Source of the DNA: a virus
Lineage: Duplodnaviria; Caudoviricetes
Virus record (IMG/VR): IMGVR_UViG_3300013105_000003
Location: 1 to 64,000 of that record
Direction: 5' to 3' (one strand)
DNA: 64,000 nt
Shown: positions 7,527 to 16,143 of the stretch, piece by piece
How positions within the stretch are numbered: the stretch's first letter is position 1
Layout of the letters: each line of letters begins with the position of its first letter
Notes under the pieces: model-generated
Told to the model about the DNA's origin: nothing
What the model saw: only the letters and a program-made list of their open reading frames with translations
The model's database searches: none
Program-made: the position numbers and the translations under genes

Positions 7527-9459
7527 TAACTTCTTTCTCGATGCCTTAAATAGCAATGACGACGATGATGATAGCAAAAGAGTCTCTTCTGAAGGAGAAG
7601 CTGAGCTATTTAAAATCTTCTCTGAGAAGCCTGCAACTCTTGAAGAGTTTCTCTCCGATGATAAGTACCTAGGGTCTACTCTGTCGGGTGCCAAGCTGTC
7701 CCCTATCCAGGAAGACTTTGTAAGACACTTCGTTCAAATTCTAAAACTTGAAACCTACAGCCTCATGGCAGAGGTGTGGGGGGAGGAGTGGAAGCCACTG
7801 CGGCGTGTCAACAACCTAGCCGTGGCCTGGGGTAAGGGGTCCGGTAAAGACTTCTGTGTGCAAATTGGGTTTGCTTATATCACTCACCAGCTTCTATGTC
7901 TAAAGTCTCCACAGTCTTACTACGGCCTACCAAATCACACCTATATTCACATGATGAACGTAGCTATTTCATCAACACAGGCATCAGAAGTATTCTTCAA
8001 GCCAATGAAAGACTTGTTCGTAGAGTCCCCTTGGTTTAAGGATAAGTTCGCCAATGGTGAACTACCTGCAGAGCGTATTGGTGTAATGCGTATGAAGAAT
8101 CGAATTGACCTAGTGTCAGGACACTCAGAAGCTAGCTCTCTTGAAGGAAAGAACCTTATTGCTGCAGTAGCTGACGAGATTGCAGGGTTTGCCACAGCAG
8201 CTGATGCTTCCTCCACAGGTCGTGCTCCTGCTAAGACAGCTGAGGGCATCATGAAGATGCTTAAGAGTAGTGCTCAGACTCGATTCGCGGGGCACTACAA
8301 GGTAGTACAAATCTCATTCTCCAGAAGATTTGGTGATGCTATTATGACAGCGTTGCGAGATGCCAAAGAGAACGAGAAAGAATATGGTGACGACTCTACC
8401 TACTATTCATGTGGACCTTACTCTACGTGGGAAGTAAATCCAAAGTTTCGTCATAACTTCGAGTTTATTGAAATCCCACAGTCTAAGCAACTTGTACCTA
8501 ATGATCCTGACATTCTTACAGACTACAGGAAAGATCCAGTATTTGCTAGAGGCTACTATGAGTGTAGACCAGAGAAGTCATCAAATCCTTACTTTAAGGA
8601 CAAGGAAGCAATTAAGAATGCTTTCTCTCGTAAGGTAGAGGAAGAGCCTTTACAGATTGAGTACTTCTACGGCATTGACCACCTAGAGGATGATAAGTAC
8701 CCCTCTTGGCAGGTTAGGTTTAGTTTACATAAACTTGTTCCCAATGAGAACTGCCTTTACGCCATACACGCTGATATGGCAAAGAATGGTGACGTAGCAG
8801 GTATAGCTATGTCACATGTTAAGGGATACGAGCAGATTGACACTACCACTTTTGATGGGTACTCCAACGAGGAACTTAGACCAATCGTCAAGGTAGACTT
8901 TGCTACTGCATTTACACACGATATGTCTGCTACTGACACACTAGGTAATTCTATTCCTAGAGAGATTCAGATGAGATGGTACCGTAAGCTAGTACTGTGG
9001 CTGACTGATAAGGGTTTTAATATAGTCTCAGTAACTATGGATGGATTTCAGTCCTTGGATTCTCTACAAACTCTAGAGGCTAAAGGGTATAATACTAATA
9101 GAGTAAGTACCGATCTAAATAATACAGTGTGGCAAACTCTCAGAGACGTGATGTATGACAGTAGGCTTGATGCTTACTACAACAAACATGTAATAGCTGA
9201 ATTTGAATCTTTGACACAGCTATCTACCGGAAAAGTAGACCATCCACCAGACTTCAGTAAGGACATTGCTGACGCTCTAGCTTGTTCTGTTGCAGGAGCT
9301 GTACCTCTAGGTGGGTCAGAGGATGACGGAGATGGTGTTAACTTCTTTACTGGTAGCAGTGATGCTGGCAATCCATTTGAAGGTGGACTGGATGAGAGTG
9401 GTTTTACTAACATAAGTATAGATCCAGATACTTCACTTTCCACAGGCTCATGGTGGTAA
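7519..9459 (+). CDS. terminase large subunit
   Basis: Walker A WGKGSGKD, Walker B AVADE, nuclease HADMAKNGD and VDHP..SKDIADA; GAGGAG before GTG 7519. Confidence 0.92.
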   Translation: MVNNFFLDALNSNDDDDDSKRVSSEGEAELFKIFSEKPATLEEFLSDDKYLGSTLSGAKLSPIQEDFVRHFVQILKLETYSLMAEVWGEEWKPLRRVNNLAVAWGKGSGKDFCVQIGFAYITHQLLCLKSPQSYYGLPNHTYIHMMNVAISSTQASEVFFKPMKDLFVESPWFKDKFANGELPAERIGVMRMKNRIDLVSGHSEASSLEGKNLIAAVADEIAGFATAADASSTGRAPAKTAEGIMKMLKSSAQTRFAGHYKVVQISFSRRFGDAIMTALRDAKENEKEYGDDSTYYSCGPYSTWEVNPKFRHNFEFIEIPQSKQLVPNDPDILTDYRKDPVFARGYYECRPEKSSNPYFKDKEAIKNAFSRKVEEEPLQIEYFYGIDHLEDDKYPSWQVRFSLHKLVPNENCLYAIHADMAKNGDVAGIAMSHVKGYEQIDTTTFDGYSNEELRPIVKVDFATAFTHDMSATDTLGNSIPREIQMRWYRKLVLWLTDKGFNIVSVTMDGFQSLDSLQTLEAKGYNTNRVSTDLNNTVWQTLRDVMYDSRLDAYYNKHVIAEFESLTQLSTGKVDHPPDFSKDIADALACSVAGAVPLGGSEDDGDGVNFFTGSSDAGNPFEGGLDESGFTNISIDPDTSLSTGSWW

Positions 9460-9469
9460 TAATACCACA

Positions 9470-9478
9470 GCCGATAAT
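9470..9478 (+). promoter_or_regulatory. late-promoter motif, exact sigma28 -10 consensus (GCCGATAAT)
   Basis: intergenic, upstream of portal. Confidence 0.75.
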
Positions 9479-9521
9479 ATGTACGTAGACTTTTCTAAAC
9501 TTAGAAGACTAGAGGTATGAC

Positions 9522-11138
9522 ATGGTAGAAGATAGCAATTCTCAAGGCAGAAAACTCCCTGACCTAGAGGATTCTATCAGTAAGGCTCCCGCCCCTGGCG
9601 AGGAAGCTTACGAGATGGGAATTCCTGCCGAGCTACCTGGTGCTACATGGGGTAGTTTCACATATAACCAGAAGTTCGGATTTTCTAAGTCTGGTGTTTT
9701 CCAAGTAGGTCAGACTGACGATCACGTGGATCTAGAAAATCTACGCAAGATGAGAATTCGTGATGGTCAGACTCGTGCTCTTCTAAGAATGTTCCAACTT
9801 CCTATTATGACCTGTCTTCGTGAGGGGGAGTGGATTCGTGACCCAGCTACTGTCGATAGTGAAAACGACGGTAAGGCAGAAGTAGACTTCGCAAATGCAG
9901 TATTCAAGACACCACTTCAGTCAGGTGGTATGGAAATTCCTATTCGTGATGTTTTAAAGAGTCTTCTACTAGCTATTTTTGAGTCGTCATCTACTCTAGA
10001 AGTAGTTACTGATATGGCTACCAAGGGTCCGATGAAGGGTCTCTATATCCCACGAAAAATTGCTCACAGAGATTTAAGAACTCTAACTCCCTTAGTAAAT
10101 GCACACGGAGACTTTGTAGGTGTTAGACAGAAAGCACTATCTCCAGGTGGAATACAGATTAACTGTGATATTTCTAAGAGTGATCTTCTCCGTTATGTTT
10201 GCAACGCCGATGAAGCACCAGTAACAGGTGTATCAATGTTTGAGTCTTCCTGGTTCCACTACCAAGTAAAGACTAAGCTGTACTATATCTCTAACATAGC
10301 TGCTCAATTCGCGTCAGTTCCAGGTCGTATCGGTACTGTCTCCCAGTCTTCTACACCTCCTCAGCGTGACGCTTTCCGTAGAGCACTTGCAGGATTTAGT
10401 CACAATACTTCAATGATTATGCCAGAAGGCTTCAAGGTAGACGCATTCAATGGAAATATAGGCTTCGACTTCATGAAGCTAATTGACCACCACAATCACC
10501 AGCAATCAAAGTCTGTACTACTACAGTTCATGGACAATGATACACGTATGGCAGTTATTGAAAATGGTGGACAAGACGCCAGTGCTGATATGTTCGTACA
10601 GGCTCTAAAGGCTATTATGGATGAGATTTCTGATGTATTCACTCATCAGCTCATGCCTAAGTACATTGACTGGAACTTTAAGTCAGACAACTACCCAATT
10701 TGGAGATTTGCACCTCTTACAGACTCCTCAAAGGATACTATCAAGGATCTATTCTCTACTTTTGCTACCGCTCAAACTCTTAACATTACACCAGAGTTCT
10801 TCCGTCAGCTGGAGAAGAAGGTAGCTTCTACTAATGGTCTAGATATCGACTACGGAACTATTGAGAAGAACGAGACTATTGCTTCTGAGAAGGCAGCTGC
10901 TATTGCACAGGCACAGGCAGAGGCACTAGACCTACGTGCTCAACTAGAGGGTGGTCAGCAAAATCCTAATAGTCCAACACCACCTTCTCAAGACCCTTCT
11001 TCTGCTGCTCCCGGTATAGGAGATACTAACAAGGCAGCCGCAGCTCTCTCTGGCGAGCCTTACCTAGATGCTATTGATGACCTTTACCGAAAGGCACAGC
11101 AACTATTCCTAGCAGAGCCTGAAGTTTTCGGAATGTGA
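9522..11138 (+). CDS. portal protein (DUF935/Mu gp29-like)
   Basis: follows TerL, 538 aa, F..LIDHHNHQQSKSVL and LMPKYIDWNF segments typical of this portal family. Confidence 0.85.
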   Translation: MVEDSNSQGRKLPDLEDSISKAPAPGEEAYEMGIPAELPGATWGSFTYNQKFGFSKSGVFQVGQTDDHVDLENLRKMRIRDGQTRALLRMFQLPIMTCLREGEWIRDPATVDSENDGKAEVDFANAVFKTPLQSGGMEIPIRDVLKSLLLAIFESSSTLEVVTDMATKGPMKGLYIPRKIAHRDLRTLTPLVNAHGDFVGVRQKALSPGGIQINCDISKSDLLRYVCNADEAPVTGVSMFESSWFHYQVKTKLYYISNIAAQFASVPGRIGTVSQSSTPPQRDAFRRALAGFSHNTSMIMPEGFKVDAFNGNIGFDFMKLIDHHNHQQSKSVLLQFMDNDTRMAVIENGGQDASADMFVQALKAIMDEISDVFTHQLMPKYIDWNFKSDNYPIWRFAPLTDSSKDTIKDLFSTFATAQTLNITPEFFRQLEKKVASTNGLDIDYGTIEKNETIASEKAAAIAQAQAEALDLRAQLEGGQQNPNSPTPPSQDPSSAAPGIGDTNKAAAALSGEPYLDAIDDLYRKAQQLFLAEPEVFGM

Positions 11139-11139
11139 C

Positions 11140-11886
11140 GTGCCTCTTATGAGTGTCACAAAGGACCAACAAGCACAGGCTAGCTCTACCTCTTCCACTG
11201 TGAGTAAGGCAGTGAAGGTGTTAGTAGTGATAATTGCTGGCTTGTCTGGTCTATTCATACTTAGACTTCTAGCTATTTTGAGAAATAGAAAGAATGAAAA
11301 GATAACAGATCAAGAAGCAAACTCTCAGATAGCTCAAGTTAAGAGTGACTGGTACGACAGAGTATCTAAGTCTGTTAGTGATGGGTGGGACCGAGGCACT
11401 ACTCTGGGTATGCAAGCTGCCAAGGCTCAGGGAGTGCAGCCTATGGGCAAGGGATCTAGTAATAAAGGTTCCTTGGATGATATACTTAAAGACCTTAGAA
11501 GGTCCATTGACGATGCTGAGACACTACTCAGGACTTCAGTAGACTCTAATGGTGAGTCAGACGTTAATAAGATTGTTAAAGTAATTTCTTTGAGACAGCA
11601 AATGTCAGGCGAAGCTGCACTGAAGTACGCAGTTGCTGAAACAATGGAATCAGAACTGGCAACTCCAGACACACAGAAGATGTGGGTATCTACTAACCCA
11701 GGAGAGCCTTGCTCACATTGTAGGAAGTTGAATGGCATGGTAAGGGATTGGGGAGAAGAGTTTCCCCATAGTTTTCCAGGCATTTATAAGTTAAAGGTTT
11801 ATGGTGGTGTCCTATTAGGACCACTACGGCACCCACACTGCATGTGTGTACTGATTAGAGTTCCAAAGGAGAGTTCCAATGCCTGA
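11140..11886 (+). CDS. MuF/SPP1 gp7-like minor head protein
   Basis: follows portal; KMW..CSHC..LNG and PLRHPHCMC motifs. Confidence 0.75.
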   Translation: MPLMSVTKDQQAQASSTSSTVSKAVKVLVVIIAGLSGLFILRLLAILRNRKNEKITDQEANSQIAQVKSDWYDRVSKSVSDGWDRGTTLGMQAAKAQGVQPMGKGSSNKGSLDDILKDLRRSIDDAETLLRTSVDSNGESDVNKIVKVISLRQQMSGEAALKYAVAETMESELATPDTQKMWVSTNPGEPCSHCRKLNGMVRDWGEEFPHSFPGIYKLKVYGGVLLGPLRHPHCMCVLIRVPKESSNA

Positions 11887-12319
11887 TTCACAAAGTGCTA
11901 AGAATGCCCATGATACTAATGTCAAAGCATCAGTTAGACATACTAAGAGTGGCAAGGTAGTTAACGTCCAATCTTTCGATAGGCATTTTGATGCTTTAGG
12001 AGAGACTCTTAAGGATCAACAGCATGTAGTTCCTATGGTAGCTACTCCAGGAAAGTGGCCTAATGGTAGATCAACACCAAGTTCCCCTTCCGTAATTAAG
12101 GCAGAGGCTGCTAGGCAGGATTCAGAACTAGCAGCTGCTCTAAAAGAAGTAGAGCAGCTTAAGGCACAGCTAACAGCTGTCAACGCTCCACAGCCGCAGC
12201 AGACACAGCAAGACTCTCCGAACCAGCCAACCTACTCTCCTAAGTATGGATACGGTGATGGTGTAGGGGACTTCCCAGGGCCTGCTACAGCTCCTCCAGC
12301 TGCACCTGCAGGGGCTTAA
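11879..12319 (+). CDS. hypothetical protein (head cluster)
   Basis: ORF with SD; basic RHTKSGKVVNV segment. Confidence 0.65.
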   Translation: MPDSQSAKNAHDTNVKASVRHTKSGKVVNVQSFDRHFDALGETLKDQQHVVPMVATPGKWPNGRSTPSSPSVIKAEAARQDSELAAALKEVEQLKAQLTAVNAPQPQQTQQDSPNQPTYSPKYGYGDGVGDFPGPATAPPAAPAGA

Positions 12320-12321
12320 GT

Positions 12322-12329
12322 ACGATAAT
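12322..12329 (+). promoter_or_regulatory. phage late-promoter motif ACGATAAT
   Basis: intergenic copy of the recurrent octamer. Confidence 0.7.
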
Positions 12330-12348
12330 CTATTAGGAGGTACGAGGC

Positions 12349-12735
12349 ATGGAGCTTAGAGCAATAGAAAAACTTGCAGAGAAGTTAGCTAGACTTGACA
12401 AAGATGATCTAGGTATGATAGCATTCTTATCAGATACCTATGACGACAACTTACTAGAATTATCAAAAGGGGAACTAGATAGGTCTCCTAAACACAACTG
12501 GGTTGAAGACGCTGGAGGACTACCAGGTCCAATAGAAGATTTAGCAGTTGAGTTGCATAAGAAAGGCATGAGCATTAGTCATGCAATAGCTACTGCTGTA
12601 AGCAAGGCAAAGGTTTATGCACTAACAGCTAATGGTGCCAAGAAAGCTAAGTGGGCAGCAGCAGTAGCACAGTGGGAAGCTATGAAGGCAAAGAATAAAG
12701 CACGTACCGTAGCAAGTAAGCTAAGTAATAAGTAA
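12349..12735 (+). CDS. hypothetical protein, candidate internal head protein
   Basis: AGGAGG SD; acidic N-terminus with LLELS, then basic helical body (NWVEDAGGLP). Confidence 0.7.
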   Translation: MELRAIEKLAEKLARLDKDDLGMIAFLSDTYDDNLLELSKGELDRSPKHNWVEDAGGLPGPIEDLAVELHKKGMSISHAIATAVSKAKVYALTANGAKKAKWAAAVAQWEAMKAKNKARTVASKLSNK

Positions 12736-12767
12736 CACTAACTCTCACCAGAAAGGGTCGAAATCTT

Positions 12768-12971
12768 ATGAGCACAGTCACAGACCCAACAAATATTCCA
12801 AATCTAGCCAGTACAGGTGATCTTGAGTCTCGTCTCACTTCTGAGTATGAGAAGTGGGTAAAGGCTAAACGTAGTGGAGACTTATCAAAACAGATGCGAG
12901 ATGCTCGGGAGAGGTTTAATAAACTTCTTGACGAAATACTTCTTCTAAGACTAGAAGAGACGATAATCTGA
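12768..12971 (+). CDS. hypothetical protein
   Basis: 67-aa ORF with GAAAGG SD. Confidence 0.6.
   Translation: MSTVTDPTNIPNLASTGDLESRLTSEYEKWVKAKRSGDLSKQMRDARERFNKLLDEILLLRLEETII
12960..12967 (+). promoter_or_regulatory. phage late-promoter motif ACGATAAT
   Basis: at the end of the upstream ORF, ahead of the 13004 ORF. Confidence 0.6.
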
Positions 12972-13003
12972 GTATCTAGTACTTAGAGTTTAAGGACATT
13001 TAC

Positions 13004-14473
13004 ATGGGATCATGGGCCTACGACGATAGTTTTGATGATGTTGTTGAGCTATCAGATGCTGGAGTTGCACTTCACTTGCTGAAGTCTGTCTTCTTTCTTA
13101 ACGGACCCAGTAAGAAACACTGGAATTCCGTAAAGCACCCTAGAGATGGGCATGGTCGCTGGGCACACACATTTGGTAACAATGAGAGTATAGGTAGGGG
13201 ATCTAGTACTAGAGTTTATGGTACTCCCCGTACTAGATCATTCCCTACCCATGATGGTATGCCAAACACAACTGCTGAAGTAGGTCCAGGTGACAGGGTT
13301 TACCAGACCTCTTCAGGTTCCCATGTGGTTGTTCGTCCAGACGGCTCAGGAACTTATGTAGGTAAAGACGGTAAACAAGTTGCTCTCACAGGTAAGGGAG
13401 TAGATAGTCACTTAGGTACTAAGGGATCTAAAGATGGAAAAGATGCTCCAAAGCTAGTAGACCACCAGCCAGGAATCCAAGTACACGCTAAGAATGATGC
13501 TGAGGCAGAGACTATCTTGCAGCAGCACGAGTCTATTGATAAGAAGTTTGCTGATAAGCACCCTAATCCTGACTCATACACTCCAAAACATGCAGGCTCC
13601 GAAAGCACAGCCTCAAATGTTCCTAGTAAGGACGGTTCTAACGATTTCTCCTCACTTGATCTAAAGCCAGGTGATGAACTTCGTCGTAACGCTAAGGACA
13701 ACAATCAGACAATGATTCTGCACCTTGACGGAAGTAGTACTATTTTCGATGCTAAGGCTGGTAAAGAAACTAACAGCAATGTGACAAAGACACAAGGTCT
13801 TCTTCTAGGTAATTCCGACGTTTCAGAGGCAATGGCTGGAAAGAAGTCATGGAGTTCTATAGATGCTAGGGGTATTTCAGCTTCTCAGAAGAGTATAGAC
13901 CAGCGTTGGCCTATCATACACAAAGAGCCAATGGCTAATACTACTTTTGACCACTCAACTCATGGTCCTATTAGTGCTAACTATGCTGATGCTAAGAATG
14001 TAGTAGCTAAAGAGCATTCTAACGGCATTGCAGTTCGCAATACACATACAGGAGCTACCTTCGTCCACAAGAAGGACGGTACAGTTTCTAAATTTTCTGG
14101 AAGCGTTAATGACTTCAACGCTCTACCAGATGCTAAGGCCAAGGACTCCATTGCGAAGGCAAATGATAAGACACATGAGCATAAGACTCTAGGTGGAACC
14201 ACACCAACTAATATTGGATCTGACCCAAGTCAGAAGAACTCCCTTCGTCAAAAGCAGCAGGACGCTGCAAAGGGTGTGAAGAGTGATACCTTTGGTGGAG
14301 TAGATTCAGCTGGTAATCTCAATCTTCCCACTAGTGACGGTAAGTCTGATACAATTGTGATTGAGAACGAACAAGAACTCAATATAATCATGAAGACTTT
14401 CGAGCAGTTGGGCATTAAGGAAATCAATGGTGTACCTCTTGCTGAGTACTTCAATCTTAAAGGAAAGAAGTAA
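13004..14473 (+). CDS. hypothetical virion-associated protein with HPRxxxGxW motif
   Basis: N-terminal VVELS then WNSVKHPRDGHGRW; lies in head cluster. Confidence 0.7.
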   Translation: MGSWAYDDSFDDVVELSDAGVALHLLKSVFFLNGPSKKHWNSVKHPRDGHGRWAHTFGNNESIGRGSSTRVYGTPRTRSFPTHDGMPNTTAEVGPGDRVYQTSSGSHVVVRPDGSGTYVGKDGKQVALTGKGVDSHLGTKGSKDGKDAPKLVDHQPGIQVHAKNDAEAETILQQHESIDKKFADKHPNPDSYTPKHAGSESTASNVPSKDGSNDFSSLDLKPGDELRRNAKDNNQTMILHLDGSSTIFDAKAGKETNSNVTKTQGLLLGNSDVSEAMAGKKSWSSIDARGISASQKSIDQRWPIIHKEPMANTTFDHSTHGPISANYADAKNVVAKEHSNGIAVRNTHTGATFVHKKDGTVSKFSGSVNDFNALPDAKAKDSIAKANDKTHEHKTLGGTTPTNIGSDPSQKNSLRQKQQDAAKGVKSDTFGGVDSAGNLNLPTSDGKSDTIVIENEQELNIIMKTFEQLGIKEINGVPLAEYFNLKGKK

Positions 14474-14476
14474 GCT

Positions 14477-14680
14477 TTGACCTTTACAGGCAAGTTCGCA
14501 GAAGTATATGATGCCTTGGATGACACCAACAAGGAATTACTAATGGAGCACCTTACTCAAGGAACTTCTGCCAACGTACTTTCACGAATGTTTGAGTCTA
14601 TCAACATTAAGCTGTCCCCTACCACAATCAAGGAGCAGCGTACTAGACTTCTTGATTCGTTAGAAAGTGATGAATCTTGA
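14477..14680 (+). CDS. hypothetical protein, possible HTH
   Basis: 67-aa ORF overlapping the start of the phosphoesterase. Confidence 0.55.
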   Translation: MTFTGKFAEVYDALDDTNKELLMEHLTQGTSANVLSRMFESINIKLSPTTIKEQRTRLLDSLESDES

Positions 14681-15888
14681 AGATTAGTAAGCAAGAACAG
14701 CAAACTCTACTTGAGAAGTTTAAGGCTCGTCCAGCAGCTCCTAGTATCCCAGGTAAGGGAACCAATACAGAGTTTACTAAGAAGTTAGAGTGTAGCTCCT
14801 CTAAGGTAGAAGCTACAATAAATGACCTTCAAGGTACTATCACTGATGGTACCGCCTTTGATTTCCTTAAAGCAGAAGGTTTAGATCCTAAAGAATGGGC
14901 TATAAAATCTTTCAGAAAATCACAGTGGGATGGATTTGCTGGCCCTATGGAGAGTGTAAGATTCAGTTTTGAGAGATTAGCTGATTCTGCCGAAGGTCTA
15001 GACTTAGATGTTGAGGGCCTACTAGAAGATATAAAGAAACACAAATCACCTAAGAAGATTCTCCTAGAAGGCTCATATGGTTTTATTGTAGGTATAGGTG
15101 ACCTACAAGTTGGTAAGATAGACGGGGACGGTGACGCTGGGTGTGTCTACCGAGCTATTGAGTGTATAGATGCAGCTGCAGTTAAGTTAGAGATGTATAG
15201 AAGAGCTGGTTACGATATTGGGCATGTACATGTTGCTTGGCTAGGGGATCACATAGAAGGGTTTGTTTCTCAAGGTGGTGCTAACGCATGGAGAACGCAG
15301 CTTCCTCTTAACGATCAAATTCGTATTATACGCAGAATTATGCTTTATGCATTAAAGAAGTTTGCTCCGCTTGCTACTAGAGTATCCATGATTGCAGTTC
15401 CAGGCAATCATGGAGAAGCTGTTAGGTTTGGAAATGGTATTACTAGGTATGATGATTCTCATGATACTGAGTCTCTAATAGCAATTTCTGACGCCGTAGA
15501 GTTAAACCCAGAAGCCTTTGGACACGTAGAGTTCTATGTTCCAGATACAGATGAGTTAATAGTAGAGCTAGAGGTTGCAGGCACTCATATTGCACACCAC
15601 CACGGACATAAGTGGCGTCCTAACCAGCATTTCAAGTGGTGGGAAGGACAGGCATTCAATAGAGATTCTAAGATGCACTATGCAGACCTGTTGTTGAGTG
15701 GACACACCCACCATGAGCATATTGAAAGTAATGGAAATAGGCTATTTATCAGTGTTCCTGCCCTTGAGTCAGAGAGTACTTGGTTTAGACACAACACAGG
15801 AATCGGTGGAGCGCCTGGTATCCTGACAGCTCTAACTAAGAATGGACAGGTACATAGTGTAGATTTTCTTAGAGGTACCAAGCTGTGA
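14677..15888 (+). CDS. calcineurin-like metallophosphoesterase (Mre11/SbcD-like)
   Basis: GDLQ, LGDHIEG, PGNHGE, HHHGH, SGHTHH metal motifs. Confidence 0.8.
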   Translation: MKISKQEQQTLLEKFKARPAAPSIPGKGTNTEFTKKLECSSSKVEATINDLQGTITDGTAFDFLKAEGLDPKEWAIKSFRKSQWDGFAGPMESVRFSFERLADSAEGLDLDVEGLLEDIKKHKSPKKILLEGSYGFIVGIGDLQVGKIDGDGDAGCVYRAIECIDAAAVKLEMYRRAGYDIGHVHVAWLGDHIEGFVSQGGANAWRTQLPLNDQIRIIRRIMLYALKKFAPLATRVSMIAVPGNHGEAVRFGNGITRYDDSHDTESLIAISDAVELNPEAFGHVEFYVPDTDELIVELEVAGTHIAHHHGHKWRPNQHFKWWEGQAFNRDSKMHYADLLLSGHTHHEHIESNGNRLFISVPALESESTWFRHNTGIGGAPGILTALTKNGQVHSVDFLRGTKL

Positions 15889-15937
15889 AAGTTATTGTTT
15901 GTAAAGTATCTTATGGACGTTAAGTAAAAGTTTAATA

Positions 15938-16023
15938 GGTGTACCTTAGGATGGTACTAGTGGTTGAGACCACAAAATATGGAAGTCTCACCGCCAACCG
16001 GAGCAGGTTTATCACTTGCCCAG
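15938..16023 (+). ncRNA. candidate structured non-coding RNA
   Basis: GTACC/GGTAC hairpin; GTGG-TTGAGA-CCAC hairpin whose loop complements downstream TCTCA; GCAGGT/ACTTGC hairpin; followed by a terminator. Confidence 0.4.
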
Positions 16024-16067
16024 TGTCCCCGCAACTTGCTTCGCTACCAAGTTGCGGGGACATTTTT
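16024..16067 (+). terminator. intrinsic terminator
   Basis: TGTCCCCGCAACTT...AAGTTGCGGGGACA followed by TTTTT. Confidence 0.85.
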
Positions 16068-16095
16068 ATGTTTTTCGTAAGTATTCCCACAAACA

Positions 16096-16103
16096 ACGAT
16101 AAT
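16096..16103 (+). promoter_or_regulatory. phage late-promoter motif ACGATAAT
   Basis: after terminator, upstream of protease. Confidence 0.75.
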
Positions 16104-16143
16104 AATAGTGTACGAATTTTAGTACTCTGAAGGGGTTTAGTAT

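Noticed and set aside
15960-16023. Canonical pistol ribozyme call
   Set aside because: The 5' hairpin/pseudoknot resembles pistol, but the conserved GCG and the G-U cleavage junction between P3 and P2 are missing; kept only as an unknown RNA candidate
15939-16130. 63-aa + strand ORF in the gap before the protease
   Set aside because: No SD, runs through a strong terminator and a promoter motif; the region is better explained as structured RNA
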